The notes beneath the pieces were generated by a model, which had not been told where the DNA came from, made no database searches, and saw nothing but the letters and a program-made list of their open reading frames with translations. From a bacterium (GTDB lineage Bacteria > Margulisbacteria > Marinamargulisbacteria > GCA-2716485 > JAYNIM01): a stretch of DNA of 64,000 nt. Location of the stretch: positions 491,365-555,364 of the forward strand of contig JAYNIM010000001.1 of NCBI GenBank assembly GCA_038109055.1, written 5' to 3'. The translations under genes were made by a program, and so were the position numbers. This document shows positions 1-11,274 of the stretch, piece after piece; the first letter of the stretch is position 1; every line of letters starts with the position of its first letter.

Positions 1-2
1 GT

Positions 3-794
3 TTAAAAGATCTTCATATTTCGATTAACACCATTGGTGACTCTTCCTCTCGTCCCGCAATCTGTGCCCTTATCCGCGATTTTTTTACCCCCTATCATTC
101 TCAGCTTTCAGCACATGTACAGCAATTGTTACGTCAAAATCCTTTACGAATTCTGGATAGTAAAGATCCTTTTATACAAACATGTTTAGAGCGTTTTTCA
201 GGATTTCAATCTTGTTTAAATAAAGAAAGTCTCACACATTATCAATGCGTTTTATCGTTACTAGATTTAGAAAAAATTCCATATAAAGAGACCCCTTTCT
301 TGGTTCGTGGGCTTGATTATTATACGCATACAACCTTTGAAATTTGTTCAGAACAGTTGGGTGCTCAGTCTGCTATTTGTGGAGGTGGTCGCTATGATCA
401 TCTTGTTGAAAAACTGAAGGGTCCTGCAACCCCGGCGGTTGGCTTTGCTTTTGGTCTTGAACGTTTATTAACTATCCTTGATCAGGAAAATTCCTTCAAA
501 ATAGATACAAAACCTTTGGTCGTCTTTATTCCCTTGGGTATAGAGGCAGAACAGTCTTGTTTTTCATATATGGAGCAGTGCCGAAAAGCAGGTATAGCTT
601 GTCATCGCTTTTTAGGGCTTACAAAACTCTCTCAACACTTGAAACACGCACATAATCTTAACGCGACGGCATGTGTTATTATTGGAGAGAATGAATTACA
701 AACTCAACAGTTTTTATTTAAACATATGGATAGTGGTGAGCAGTCTCATATCCCCATCGATCAACTTATTTCTACGATGGAGGCAATGAAGTGA
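3..794 (+). CDS. hisS: Histidine--tRNA ligase, 5'-truncated by the window edge
   Basis: LVRGLDYYTHTTFE, AICGGGRYDHL and GFAFGLERL motifs plus C-terminal anticodon domain; frame is open back to base 3. Confidence 0.95.
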   Translation, partial: LKDLHISINTIGDSSSRPAICALIRDFFTPYHSQLSAHVQQLLRQNPLRILDSKDPFIQTCLERFSGFQSCLNKESLTHYQCVLSLLDLEKIPYKETPFLVRGLDYYTHTTFEICSEQLGAQSAICGGGRYDHLVEKLKGPATPAVGFAFGLERLLTILDQENSFKIDTKPLVVFIPLGIEAEQSCFSYMEQCRKAGIACHRFLGLTKLSQHLKHAHNLNATACVIIGENELQTQQFLFKHMDSGEQSHIPIDQLISTMEAMK

Positions 795-1516
795 GTGATT
801 TTCATATCATCCCTGCTATTGATTTGTATAACGGGCGTGTTGTTCGTTTAACTCAAGGCAATTACGATGAATGTGAAACCTTTGACTTAGACCCAGTTGT
901 TCTAGCTAAACGTTTTGAAAAAGCAGGCGCGAAACGTATTCATATTGTTGATTTAAATGGTGCAAAAGAAGGCCACCTTGTTAATGCGTCTGTTATTACT
1001 CAGATCCGTCGCTCGGTTGACTGTGAAATTGAATTAGGTGGGGGTATTAGAAATCAAAAAAGTATCGACTTATTGTTTGATTTGGGTATCAACTATGTGA
1101 TATTAGGGTCTCTTTTAATAAAAGATATGGAAGAAAGTCAGCGTTTGATCTCTGATTATCCTGGGCGTATTATAGCAGGTTTAGATGCGAAAGATGATGT
1201 CATTGCAGTTGAAGGCTGGCGTGAGTCAAGTTCATCTACAGTTGATTCAGTGGTAAAACGTCTAAATAAACTCCCTCTTTCTGCCATTATCTATACTGAT
1301 ATTGCTAAGGATGGCATGCTTAGTGGTCCCAACTTCTCTGCTATAGAATCACTTTTACCCAAAAGCAACGCACCTATTATTGCCTCTGGTGGTGTTCATA
1401 CTTTAAAGGATATCGAGCAATTGGCTCACTATTATTCAAAAGGCCTTTTTGGATGTATTATTGGAAAAGCGATTCTCAAAAACACGCTATCATTAACGTC
1501 TATATTTTCATTATGA
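791..1516 (+). CDS. hisA: ProFAR isomerase
   Basis: IIPAIDLYNGRVVRLTQG, HIVDLNGA, GGGIR, YTDIAKDGMLSGPN, IASGGV. Confidence 0.95.
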   Translation: MSDFHIIPAIDLYNGRVVRLTQGNYDECETFDLDPVVLAKRFEKAGAKRIHIVDLNGAKEGHLVNASVITQIRRSVDCEIELGGGIRNQKSIDLLFDLGINYVILGSLLIKDMEESQRLISDYPGRIIAGLDAKDDVIAVEGWRESSSSTVDSVVKRLNKLPLSAIIYTDIAKDGMLSGPNFSAIESLLPKSNAPIIASGGVHTLKDIEQLAHYYSKGLFGCIIGKAILKNTLSLTSIFSL

Positions 1517-2187
1517 TAAAAAAAATATTCACAACCATTGAAACGAAAAATGAGAACCTTATATTAGAGTCTATTTTAGAACATTCACGTCTTGATGGTG
1601 AAGAACTCTGTCTCTTAAAAAAGATTATAGATTTGTCGTCTCATTACCCTCTAAATGAGCTTGAATCTCTCTACTCTAATATATGTAAAATAAACGCTGA
1701 CGCTAAAGATATATTTAAACATATATACAATAAAATAAAACAATACTCTGTTGATAATCGCAAAGGTGTTGAGATTTTACATCTTCATCTAAAAGTAGAA
1801 CAAACATCTGCGTATATTCTTAAAAGTGCTCAACATATTTTAATATATACACGGCTTGAGCAACAATACCCCAAGCAAATTTTTGATAGATTGACCACTT
1901 TATGCGAACTGATATCTACGATGCACCTTTATTTTAATCTTAGTTTAGAAAAATACAGTCAAAATAAATACTGCACTTCTGAATATATTTCTAAAATAAT
2001 AGATGTCGAAATATTAGTTCGTAATCACCATTTGGAAAGTTTACAGTTTGTGCTCGAACATGCGAATAAAAATACGCTTCCTCTAGGTAGTATAAGATGT
2101 CTTGAAAATCTTCTTAGCGGGCTTGAAGATATAGCTTCTGTCATTTTTGAATCGACGGTAGCACTTGAATGCTTATTACTAAACTAA
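1513..2187 (+). CDS. DUF47/PhoU-like helical protein (putative phosphate transport regulator)
   Basis: All-helical protein of about 224 aa with a DUF47-like pattern; ATG at 1513 overlaps the hisA stop (ATGA). Confidence 0.45.
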   Translation: MIKKIFTTIETKNENLILESILEHSRLDGEELCLLKKIIDLSSHYPLNELESLYSNICKINADAKDIFKHIYNKIKQYSVDNRKGVEILHLHLKVEQTSAYILKSAQHILIYTRLEQQYPKQIFDRLTTLCELISTMHLYFNLSLEKYSQNKYCTSEYISKIIDVEILVRNHHLESLQFVLEHANKNTLPLGSIRCLENLLSGLEDIASVIFESTVALECLLLN

Positions 2188-2687
2188 GATTGTCTAGGCA
2201 CTACTTTTTTATCTTCAGTTTCGTTTGGATTAAAGTTAAATTTTATTTTGTTCCTTTTTTATTGATATTTGTTGCCCTGAATCAACTTTATCTTTCTACG
2301 TTTAAGCACTTAACTGTGTGGAAAGGTGCTGGTTTTGGCATGTTTTCTGATTTATCCCATAGATTTAATAAAACCTATGCTTTTACAGACTTTCAAAAAG
2401 TTCCTATTAAAATTCCCAAAAAATATCACGATGATATTCGTGTTTTAAAAAAAATGCCTAGTTCATATGTAACAAACTATCTAAGAAAGAATTTTAAAGA
2501 GTATTCCTGGATGTTAGCACCAAAGCGCGATAGAAATAATCATTTAACACTTTGGGCGGTATCTTCTCCACAGTTATTGACATCAGTATCCACAATTTCT
2601 GTTACTGGCTTCGAATTCGAACTTTGGTCTATTCGTTTTGATTCGGCTAATTGTAGAGTAATACCTTTTCTACTTCATAAAGGTTAA
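2169..2687 (+). CDS. Hypothetical membrane-anchored protein
   Basis: N-terminal hydrophobic segment followed by LTVWKGAGFGMFS; start uncertain. Confidence 0.5.
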   Translation: MLITKLRLSRHYFFIFSFVWIKVKFYFVPFLLIFVALNQLYLSTFKHLTVWKGAGFGMFSDLSHRFNKTYAFTDFQKVPIKIPKKYHDDIRVLKKMPSSYVTNYLRKNFKEYSWMLAPKRDRNNHLTLWAVSSPQLLTSVSTISVTGFEFELWSIRFDSANCRVIPFLLHKG

Positions 2688-2709
2688 ATTTAAATCTACC
2701 TTTTTATTT

Positions 2710-3933
2710 TTATCCACCGAAATCATCGAAGGCTATCATTTCTTGCTCTACACCCAATTCATCAAGCATTTTAAACACTGCATCATTCATCATTGGCGGG
2801 CCACAAAGGTAGTATTCAATATCTCCTGGATCATCATGTTTTTTTAAATAATTTTCTAGCAATACATTATGAATAAATCCAGTATACCCAGTCCAATTAT
2901 CTTCTTTTTGTGGATCTGATAATGCTACATAATAATTAAAGTTTTTATTCGTTTTTTCTAATTCCTTAAACTCATCATCGTAAAACATTTCTCTTGCAGA
3001 TCTTGCACCATACCAAAAGGTCATTTTTCTATCTGTTTTAATACGCTTTAATTGATCAAAAATATGACTTCTCATTGGTGCCATACCTGCACCACCCCCA
3101 ATAAAACACATTTCACGTTTTGTTTCTTTAGCGAAAAACTCTCCATAAGGTCCAGAAAGGGTTACCTTATCACCTGGTTTGAGATTAAAAATATAAGAAG
3201 ATCCGATTCCAGCTGGAATACCGTCTGAACCAGGTGGAGGTGAGGCAATTCTTACGTTTAAATAGACGACCCCTTTTTCCTCTGGATAGTTAGCCATGGA
3301 GTAGGCTCTAAACACCTCCTCTTCATTGGAGGCCTCTATATCAAATAATTTAAAGTTCTCCCAATCTTTCCTATATTCCTTTTCTACATCAAATTCACTG
3401 TAGGAGAGTTTATATGGAGGTATATAAATTTGTATATATCCACCGGCTCTAAAATCTAAATCTAAATTATCGGGCATTTTAACTCTTAGTTCTTTTATAA
3501 AAGTGGCTACATTTTCATTAGAGATAACCTCACACTCAAATTTTTTAATACTAAATATTTCATCTGGAATTTTTATTTTTAGATTGTTTTTTATTTTAAT
3601 TTGACAACCCAAACGTACATTCTCTTTTCTTTCTTTAAGTGAAAGATGAGGTATCTCTGTTGGTAATACCTCTCCCCCACCTTCTATTACTTGAAGTTTA
3701 CACATGGCGCAACTGCCACCGCCACCGCAAGCAGATGGTAAAAATATCCCTTCATCAGATAATGCTGTTAGTAAATTTGTACCTGACGGAACAGTAGGAC
3801 TTTTTTCTTTGTCATTATTTATTAAAACTTCACAATCACTGGTCTCTACAACATATTTTTCAACCACATATAATATTGTTACCAAAATCATAATGATCGA
3901 TGTAAAAATAAGAATTGCACCTAAATATATCAT
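2710..3933 (-). CDS. nqrF: Na+-translocating NADH:quinone reductase subunit F
   Basis: 2Fe-2S motif [28 protein letters not shown]-terminal FDDFGG. Confidence 0.97.
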   Translation of the reverse strand: MIYLGAILIFTSIIMILVTILYVVEKYVVETSDCEVLINNDKEKSPTVPSGTNLLTALSDEGIFLPSACGGGGSCAMCKLQVIEGGGEVLPTEIPHLSLKERKENVRLGCQIKIKNNLKIKIPDEIFSIKKFECEVISNENVATFIKELRVKMPDNLDLDFRAGGYIQIYIPPYKLSYSEFDVEKEYRKDWENFKLFDIEASNEEEVFRAYSMANYPEEKGVVYLNVRIASPPPGSDGIPAGIGSSYIFNLKPGDKVTLSGPYGEFFAKETKREMCFIGGGAGMAPMRSHIFDQLKRIKTDRKMTFWYGARSAREMFYDDEFKELEKTNKNFNYYVALSDPQKEDNWTGYTGFIHNVLLENYLKKHDDPGDIEYYLCGPPMMNDAVFKMLDELGVEQEMIAFDDFGG

Positions 3934-3940
3934 AAAAACC

Positions 3941-4552
3941 TCATGTTAATTTTATTCCTGCAAATGCCATAAACGCCATGGCAATTAAGCCTGTTGTGAT
4001 CATATTTATTGCAAACCCAGATAAACCTTTTGGTAATTGTGCATATTTTAATTTCTGTAATACGGCAGCCATGGCCATAATGGCTAAGTACCATCCTATC
4101 CCTGAACTAATCCCAAACACAGTTGCTTCAGCAAAATTATATTTTCGAGCCTCCATAAAAAGAGATGTCCCTAAAATTGCACAATTTACTGTAATTAAGG
4201 GAAGAAAAATACCTAATGCAGCATATAGTGCCGGTAAATAACGATCTAATACCATTTCAACCATTTGTACCATTGCCGCAATCGTTGCAATGAAGGTAAT
4301 GAAAACCAAATAACTTAGATCTACATCTGGTAATCCCGCCCAAGAAAGTGCCCCTGGTTTTAGAAGATATTCATTAATCACCCAATTCATTGGTGTTGTA
4401 ATTGTTAAGACAAAAATGACTGCAATACCTACGCTGGAGGCTGTTTTAATGTTTTTGGCGAGGGCTAAATACGTACACATGCCCAAGAAAAGAGATAATA
4501 ATATATTGTTAATAAAGATAGATTCCAGTGCTAAACTAATGAGTTCTTTCAT
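3941..4552 (-). CDS. nqrE: Na+-NQR subunit E
   Basis: [24 protein letters not shown]; operon position. Confidence 0.95.
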   Translation of the reverse strand: MKELISLALESIFINNILLSLFLGMCTYLALAKNIKTASSVGIAVIFVLTITTPMNWVINEYLLKPGALSWAGLPDVDLSYLVFITFIATIAAMVQMVEMVLDRYLPALYAALGIFLPLITVNCAILGTSLFMEARKYNFAEATVFGISSGIGWYLAIMAMAAVLQKLKYAQLPKGLSGFAINMITTGLIAMAFMAFAGIKLT

Positions 4553-4555
4553 GTC

Positions 4556-5206
4556 TTATTGTTCCTTATTTGTTAATATATTTTGTAACCAAACTAACAG
4601 GCCTATGACAATAAATACTCCTGGGGCTACTAACATTAATCCCATATTTTCATATCCAGCATCATAAAATGATTGAGGAATAACGGCTAATCCAGCTAAA
4701 GTCCCCGAGCCTAAAACTTCTCTAAATAAAGATACAACGATTAATATATAACCATAACCTATTCCATTTCCAAGCCCATCTAAAAAAGATAACCACGGTG
4801 TATTTCCGCTTGCAAATGCTTCAGCACGCCCTAGAATAATACAGTTTGTAATAATCAATCCAACAAAAACTGAAAGTTGTTTACTCAGATCATACATAAA
4901 GGCTTTTAAAAACTGATCTGCAACAATGACCAATGATGAAATAACAACCATCATCACAATGATACGAATATTTCTTGGTATATAATCTCGTAACAAAGAG
5001 ATAGCTACATTTGAAAAAGCTAATACAAAGGTCATGGCTAAAAACATAACTGTTGCAGGTATCACCTGCGTTGTAACTGCTAAGGATGAACAAATGCCTA
5101 ATATTGCAACTGAAATTGGATTGGCCTTAATAATAGGCTCTGTAAACGTTTTGTACGATGGGGATTTAATAATTGATTTTATGAATGGGTTTTTAACTAA
5201 GGACAT
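4556..5206 (-). CDS. nqrD: Na+-NQR subunit D
   Basis: LGICSSLAVT, SKQLSVFVGLIITNCIILGRAEAFA. Confidence 0.95.
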   Translation of the reverse strand: MSLVKNPFIKSIIKSPSYKTFTEPIIKANPISVAILGICSSLAVTTQVIPATVMFLAMTFVLAFSNVAISLLRDYIPRNIRIIVMMVVISSLVIVADQFLKAFMYDLSKQLSVFVGLIITNCIILGRAEAFASGNTPWLSFLDGLGNGIGYGYILIVVSLFREVLGSGTLAGLAVIPQSFYDAGYENMGLMLVAPGVFIVIGLLVWLQNILTNKEQ

Positions 5207-5209
5207 CGC

Positions 5210-5899
5210 TTATCTCTCTCTTAATTTTTTTGATAATATATCATATTTTTTCAATTCCGCTTTCAAATCTCTTTCCAAGCCTTTACTGGTAATAGTAGCG
5301 CCACTCATTCCGTCAATAGAATACGATAACTCAGACTTTTTATATGTATCCTTTGCTTTCCCTTTTGCAATTTGAATAGAGGTAAACTGATTTTCTTTAT
5401 TGACTATTTGTTTACGTTGGAATTGTTTCTGAAACCATTCTTTTTCTACTTCACCGCCTAATCCTGGTGTTTCGCCATGCTTAAATACGGTTAGTCCAAC
5501 AACTGTTTTTCCATCGCCTTCCAAGGCAATAATGCCATGAATCCAGCTCCATAATCCATAGGCCTTAAACGGTATAGCATATTTTTCAATACGATTATTT
5601 ATCTCAATAATAAAGAGAGGTAATGCCCCTTCAAACACTGTTGATTTCACCTCTCCAGTTTTCATGTCCAAATAGGTATTTTTAACGTTTTTACTGTAAA
5701 GTTGAACAACAGCTTCATTTTTAAGTTTTTGTCCCCCTTTGATTAAACCCAATGCTTTTAAAATATTTTTTTGCTTATCAATTTTGATATTTAATTCTTG
5801 TCGTTCTTTCAACCCGTTTGCTGCCAATGAAAGCAATACACTTACGATCACGCACATTATTAAGGCAAATAAAAATGAATTTATTTTTTTAGATGACAT
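5210..5899 (-). CDS. nqrC: Na+-NQR subunit C
   Basis: GLWSWI, HGETPGLGGEV, FMN-attachment DGMSGATITS. Confidence 0.95.
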   Translation of the reverse strand: MSSKKINSFLFALIMCVIVSVLLSLAANGLKERQELNIKIDKQKNILKALGLIKGGQKLKNEAVVQLYSKNVKNTYLDMKTGEVKSTVFEGALPLFIIEINNRIEKYAIPFKAYGLWSWIHGIIALEGDGKTVVGLTVFKHGETPGLGGEVEKEWFQKQFQRKQIVNKENQFTSIQIAKGKAKDTYKKSELSYSIDGMSGATITSKGLERDLKAELKKYDILSKKLRER

Positions 5900-7073
5900 T
5901 TGGGATACGCTTTTTTAATTTCCGTTGCAATATGATGTGATCTATTAATGGGGCAAATACATTCATCAGTAAGATAGCTAGCATCCATCCTTCCGGATAT
6001 GCTGGATTAACCACACGAATGATCATCCCCATGCTACCAATTAAAAGGCCATAAACCCACTTTGATTCTTCCAGATCTGGGGCAGAAACTGGGTCTGTTG
6101 CCATAAATACTGTTGCAAATGCAAAACTCCCCATATATATTTGCCAAAAAGGTCCTATATGATAAAAAGGAAGACTGTCTGGACCAGAACAAAGATTAAA
6201 TAACAAGACTGTTCCAATTGCACCTATTAAAGAGCCTAACATAATTCGCCAGGACCCAATTTTTGTTAGCAATAAAAGACCTGCTCCAAGTAATACACAA
6301 AAAACAGAGGTTTCTCCAATGCTTCCTGGAATAAGTCCAAAAAACAATTTATATAAAGTAAAGCCGGCCTCTTTTAATGTATTCATAACATTTGAGCCTA
6401 TGGATGTTTGTGCTGCAACTGCCAGAGCTGTTGCTCCACTATATCCGTCAATTAGTTTTTCTTTTGCTACTGGTAAGGCTGTCCATACCTCTCCACTAAT
6501 TTGCACTGGATAGGTAAAAAATACAAAGGCACGTGCCGTCAGTGCTGGATTTAAAAAATTGCGGCCTGTCCCACCAAACACTTCTTTACCTATTACCACA
6601 CCAAATGTAATACCTAAGGCAACCTGCCAGAGAGGCAAATTAGGTGGACATGTTAATGGAAATAATAAGCCAGTCACTAAAAAGCCTTCATTAATTTCAT
6701 GTTTTCTCACTACGGCAAATAACGTTTCCCATAAACCACCTATTGTGTAAGAAACTAATATAATAGGGACAACATATCGTGCACCTGTCAAAAATACAGA
6801 TATAAAATCAAGGTTCCATCCAGCTGCTAAATGAGCCTGATATCCTGCGTTATATATTCCAAAAAGTGTACAAGGGATTAAGGCCAAAACAACGATAATC
6901 ATGTAGCGTTTTGTATCAATAGCATCTCGGATGTGGGTCTGATTCTTTGTGACTAATTTTGTGCTGACAAGAAATGATTCCAGTGCTTCAAATAAGGGAT
7001 AAAATCGCTCTAATTTTGACCCCTTTGCAAATAATGCTTCTTGCTTTTTTAACAGTGATATTACTAACTTCAT
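5889..7073 (-). CDS. nqrB: Na+-NQR subunit B
   Basis: HEINEGFLVT, KEVFGGTGRNFLNPAL, SGAT, FMATDPVS. Confidence 0.96.
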   Translation of the reverse strand: MKLVISLLKKQEALFAKGSKLERFYPLFEALESFLVSTKLVTKNQTHIRDAIDTKRYMIIVVLALIPCTLFGIYNAGYQAHLAAGWNLDFISVFLTGARYVVPIILVSYTIGGLWETLFAVVRKHEINEGFLVTGLLFPLTCPPNLPLWQVALGITFGVVIGKEVFGGTGRNFLNPALTARAFVFFTYPVQISGEVWTALPVAKEKLIDGYSGATALAVAAQTSIGSNVMNTLKEAGFTLYKLFFGLIPGSIGETSVFCVLLGAGLLLLTKIGSWRIMLGSLIGAIGTVLLFNLCSGPDSLPFYHIGPFWQIYMGSFAFATVFMATDPVSAPDLEESKWVYGLLIGSMGMIIRVVNPAYPEGWMLAILLMNVFAPLIDHIILQRKLKKRIPNVI

Positions 7074-8419
7074 GAAAGCGCCTCTCGTGCTAACTTTTGT
7101 TTAGCTTCTGAAATAATATGATCAATATCTATTTTTGACGGACATACATAGGTGCATAGGCCTGCATCTACGTAATCCAATAACCCAAGTGCGATACTTT
7201 CTTCAATATCTCCTGCCTTAATACTTTTCATCAATAATTGAGGATAAATACCTGTAGGGCATACAGTTGCACAATACCCGCATGCAATACATGAACGATC
7301 GCCTCCATTTAAACTGCTTGTTATATTTTGAGGTGTATTAGGTATTAATGCAGATAAGTAAGCATTAGATATTGTTGCCTTGTTCAAACCACCTCTCATC
7401 CAGGTTAATAATTCTGGATCAGAGCCTTCTTGTATGATATTTAATGAAAACTCATTGTAGCCCAAAAATCCTTTTTGACCGGCATTCCTTCCTGTTAATA
7501 ACCCTCCTGCTACATAACGCATATTATCTATTTTCTTTCTATCTTCATCTATTTGACTTAAAGCTATACCTTCTCTTGTTTTTATATGGCAAGGAGATGT
7601 TGCTAATGGACCGCCTATTGTGATGATCCTTTCTATTGGATATTTACCTGTTTTACATAAAGCGCCTAAGCGGGCAACATTTAATCCTGTAATTCCCCAT
7701 GATTTATTATCTTTACTACTTGTTTTGTTGTAATACAGAAAAATACCTGGATTATTGCTGGGATAGTCCCCACATAACTCGTGCGTTAAGTAACCTGACA
7801 ATCTCTTTTCTATTTCTTTATTTCCTTCTTTATAGCCAACAAATACGTTATTATTGGCTATTTTTTTTAATAGTTCTAAGCCTAATTTTAGTTCCTCTTC
7901 ATAGGCTTTGACGTACACTTCAGACTGAGGCATAAATGCCTCATCATTATCTATTGTGACATAAATTGCAGGGGGGACATCCTCTGGTTTTGGTATATTT
8001 TTAAATGGATAGGCCTGTAACAATGGCCATAGGCCTGCGGACAATAGATACTCTACTAGTTTATTTCGATCTTCTTTTTGAATCTCTTTTGAAGAATAGG
8101 TATTAAAACTTTCTTCTTTCTCAACCTTATCTTTAGTGATAATGACGGCATCTAGTGCACGGCGCTTTCCATATATAATTTCTTTAATCTTTCCAGAAAC
8201 AGGTGAACAAAACTGAATACGAGGATCTTGTTTATCAAAAAAAATGGGTGTCCCAATTTTAACAGAATCGCCCTCTTTAACATGCAATTTTGGTTTAATT
8301 AAACTTATACTACTGGGCATCACAGCAAACTCAAGGCCATCTTTAACCTCTTTTAAATTCAAAGAAGGCTTACCCTTTATTTTCACATTGTACGTGTTTT
8401 TTACAATTATTTTTTTCAT
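7070..8419 (-). CDS. nqrA: Na+-NQR subunit A, with a C-terminal ferredoxin-type Cys motif
   Basis: KPKLHVKEGDSVKIG, SPVSG, CTYVCPSKID; first gene of nqrABCDEF. Confidence 0.92.
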   Translation of the reverse strand: MKKIIVKNTYNVKIKGKPSLNLKEVKDGLEFAVMPSSISLIKPKLHVKEGDSVKIGTPIFFDKQDPRIQFCSPVSGKIKEIIYGKRRALDAVIITKDKVEKEESFNTYSSKEIQKEDRNKLVEYLLSAGLWPLLQAYPFKNIPKPEDVPPAIYVTIDNDEAFMPQSEVYVKAYEEELKLGLELLKKIANNNVFVGYKEGNKEIEKRLSGYLTHELCGDYPSNNPGIFLYYNKTSSKDNKSWGITGLNVARLGALCKTGKYPIERIITIGGPLATSPCHIKTREGIALSQIDEDRKKIDNMRYVAGGLLTGRNAGQKGFLGYNEFSLNIIQEGSDPELLTWMRGGLNKATISNAYLSALIPNTPQNITSSLNGGDRSCIACGYCATVCPTGIYPQLLMKSIKAGDIEESIALGLLDYVDAGLCTYVCPSKIDIDHIISEAKQKLAREALS

Positions 8420-8460
8420 TGCTTTGTTACTTGTATAGGAGTTTACTTAAAAAGTTTTTT

Positions 8461-9495
8461 TTATTCAAGCAAAGTTTCTCCTAATTGTCCGCAAGCTGCT
8501 GCAATATCCTGACCTTTTTTGTACCTAATTGTCACATCTACCCCTGATTCTTCTACTTGCTTCTGTAGCTGTCTTAATTTTTTTATTGATAGTTCTTTGA
8601 AGGGGATTTTAGGATGTGGGTTTAAATTAATTAAATTGACTTTTGCATTTAGATACTTTGCTAAATTGATCAAAAGCTTTATATCTAAAGGCGTATCATT
8701 GACATTTTCTAGTAGTGTATATTCTAAGGTTAATTTTCTATTATGCTGTTGTTGATATTGCCATAGAACCCGTGAAAACTCCAAAATTGGAAATCGTTTT
8801 TCTATTGGCATGAGTCTTAGCCTTTTCTTGGGGTCTACGGAGCCCACTGAAAATGCAATATTCAACACTTCATTCTCTTTCATTAAGCGCTTAATTCCTG
8901 GCTGATATCCTGCAGTAGACACCGTTATTTTTCGTTTACTAATATTCAGTCCCCATTCCGCACTTATAGCATGGATTGCCGGAAGTACTTGATCATAATT
9001 TAATAAAGGCTCTCCCATCCCCATAAATACAATATTGGTAATAGGATACCCGATATTATTTGCCACAAGGACTTGTGCAATAATCTCTTCTTTTGTTAGT
9101 TGTCTTTTAAACCCTACTATACCGGTCACACAAAACTTACAATCTAAAGGGCAACCGCATTGTGATGATACACATAATGTGTTGTAATTTTTTTCTTTGA
9201 GAACGACGGTTTCTAAACGTTGTCCATCTTGACACTTAAAGTATAATTTAATGGCATTCTCTTCTTTTGATTTTATTTTCTCGATTAAATGTAACGGCTC
9301 GAACTCTATATTTTCTTCTAATATCTGTCTATTTTCTTCAGAAATATTTGAAAAATCTTTGGTTTTATATTGATACTTTTTATATATCCAATCCATGAGT
9401 TGCTTGGCGACAAATTTTTTCATGTCTAATGCTGTGACTAGTTTTTCTAGCTCTTCTTTCGTTTTTCCTAAAATTGATATCTTTTTTGTCTTCAT
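8461..9495 (-). CDS. rlmN: 23S rRNA/tRNA m2A radical-SAM methyltransferase
   Basis: CVSSQCGCPLDCKFC, VFMGMGEPL, DIAAACGQL. Confidence 0.93.
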   Translation of the reverse strand: MKTKKISILGKTKEELEKLVTALDMKKFVAKQLMDWIYKKYQYKTKDFSNISEENRQILEENIEFEPLHLIEKIKSKEENAIKLYFKCQDGQRLETVVLKEKNYNTLCVSSQCGCPLDCKFCVTGIVGFKRQLTKEEIIAQVLVANNIGYPITNIVFMGMGEPLLNYDQVLPAIHAISAEWGLNISKRKITVSTAGYQPGIKRLMKENEVLNIAFSVGSVDPKKRLRLMPIEKRFPILEFSRVLWQYQQQHNRKLTLEYTLLENVNDTPLDIKLLINLAKYLNAKVNLINLNPHPKIPFKELSIKKLRQLQKQVEESGVDVTIRYKKGQDIAAACGQLGETLLE

Positions 9496-9540
9496 TATTT
9501 ATGTTTCATCTATGCTTGTTTTTGGGTATATTAGGTAATA

Positions 9541-10560
9541 ATGGAACAAGAATTACGTCACTTAAAACAAGAATTGGCTCTTATTAGTGATGAGTCAAAA
9601 ACGTATTTCAAACTCATCTTGCAACAATTATCTCGAATTGCACACTTAAACCCTAACGATAAATATCTTAAGCTTTTATCTAGTAATCTACAAGAATATG
9701 CCGACTCTATCGATGTTTTTCAACCTTATCACAATTATCCAAAAGTATGTTTGTTTGGATCTGCACGAACGTCTGCCAACACTCTTCTTTATCAGTTATC
9801 TGAGTCTATTTCTAAGCAATTAAGTGATGCTGGCTTTATGATTATCACAGGTGCGGGTCCTGGTATTATGGAAGCTGGAAATAAAGGGGCTCAAGACCAG
9901 GGTTTTGGGCTTAATATTTTGCTTCCTTTTGAGCAAGAGTCTAATCCGTTTATTCGAGATAGTGATAAACTTGTCTCTTATAAATATTTCTTTCTTCGAA
10001 AACTTATGTTTGTTAAAGAATCTCAGGCGACTGTCTTGTTTCCGGGAGGCTTTGGCACTTTTGATGAGGCCTTTGAGCTTTTAACATTAATACAAACAGG
10101 CCGAACATCCCCACGCCCCATTGTTCTTTTTGATGAGCCTGGAAGTATCTACTGGAAAAGGTGGATTGAACTTTTTTATGAGCAACTTTTGGATACACAC
10201 TATATCTCAAAAGATGATCTCTTATTATTTCAGCATTTTCAATCTATTACTCCTGCTGTTAATTATATTCAGACATTTTATCGCGTTTATCATTCTATCC
10301 GTTACCTTGATGACTATAGTATTATTTATCTTAATTGCACACTATCTTTGGATTTTGTTGCATCATTGAATGAACAGTTTTCGCATATTCTTACCGAAGG
10401 TCACTTTAGCTATCATAAAGCTGATCACAACCCATGTCCCCTTGATTCTACGTCTCCTACTCCTTGCTTAACCTTTTCTTTTGATAAAAAACAATTTAGC
10501 ACACTGGTCTTGTTGATTGATGCGTTAAATAAATTTGACTCGTCTCCCAGAAATTCTTGA
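9541..10560 (+). CDS. LOG-family nucleotide phosphoribohydrolase with terminal extensions
   Basis: FGSART, ITGAGPGIMEAGN, FFLRKLMFVK, PGGFGTFDE. Confidence 0.88.
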   Translation: MEQELRHLKQELALISDESKTYFKLILQQLSRIAHLNPNDKYLKLLSSNLQEYADSIDVFQPYHNYPKVCLFGSARTSANTLLYQLSESISKQLSDAGFMIITGAGPGIMEAGNKGAQDQGFGLNILLPFEQESNPFIRDSDKLVSYKYFFLRKLMFVKESQATVLFPGGFGTFDEAFELLTLIQTGRTSPRPIVLFDEPGSIYWKRWIELFYEQLLDTHYISKDDLLLFQHFQSITPAVNYIQTFYRVYHSIRYLDDYSIIYLNCTLSLDFVASLNEQFSHILTEGHFSYHKADHNPCPLDSTSPTPCLTFSFDKKQFSTLVLLIDALNKFDSSPRNS

Positions 10561-10671
10561 GTATCTCTTTCTCTACCTTTTTCATTGATCTTTGTCTCTT
10601 ATTTTTAATTTGACGCTTGTTTTATTTAGTGGTAAATATTTATTTGATGATGTTCACTGTTAAATATAGCT

Positions 10672-11274
10672 ATGTTTGAGTTATTCACTAAAGGTGGCCC
10701 AATCATGTGGGTATTGCTTGTGTGTTCAATGTTAGGCAGTTATATTGTTTTTTATAAATTATTCTATTTCATTTTTCAAAATATTTCGTACACAAAAGTA
10801 CGATCTGATGTTCAACGTATTATTAAAAATAATCAACCTGACGTTGCTATTGCTCAACTTCAGGGTCGCAATAATGTCTTAAAGAATGCTGCAGCAGAAG
10901 CGATTAAATCTGTACACCTATCTAGAGATAATCTTCATGATTCCCTACGTACCTATCTCTTAGAGCATGTTTCCAAACTAGAACGTCACATGCCTATTTT
11001 GTCTAGTTTAATTACGATCACACCTATTTTGGGACTGATGGGAACTGTTTTAGGTCTTATGCATATTTTCCAGGTGATATCTGGTGGTGGTATCGGCAAC
11101 ACAGAAGCCTTGTCTTTAGGTATAGCAGAAGCGCTCATTACGACCGTTGCTGGCCTTGCAATTGCTGTCCCTCTTATTGTGATGAATCATTACTTACAGC
11201 ATCGTATTGAAGCACTTGCTCTTCAAATTGAGCGTATATTTCTAGATACTGTTCACTTTTGTAAACAGATCTAA
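10672..11274 (+). CDS. exbB: MotA/TolQ/ExbB proton channel protein
   Basis: TPILGLMGTVLG, GIAEALITTVAGLAIAVP. Confidence 0.88.
   Translation: MFELFTKGGPIMWVLLVCSMLGSYIVFYKLFYFIFQNISYTKVRSDVQRIIKNNQPDVAIAQLQGRNNVLKNAAAEAIKSVHLSRDNLHDSLRTYLLEHVSKLERHMPILSSLITITPILGLMGTVLGLMHIFQVISGGGIGNTEALSLGIAEALITTVAGLAIAVPLIVMNHYLQHRIEALALQIERIFLDTVHFCKQI

Noticed and set aside
3704..8755. Short antisense and alternate-frame ORFs over nqr/rlmN, and similar ones throughout the window
   Set aside because: They shadow well-supported genes and show no motifs
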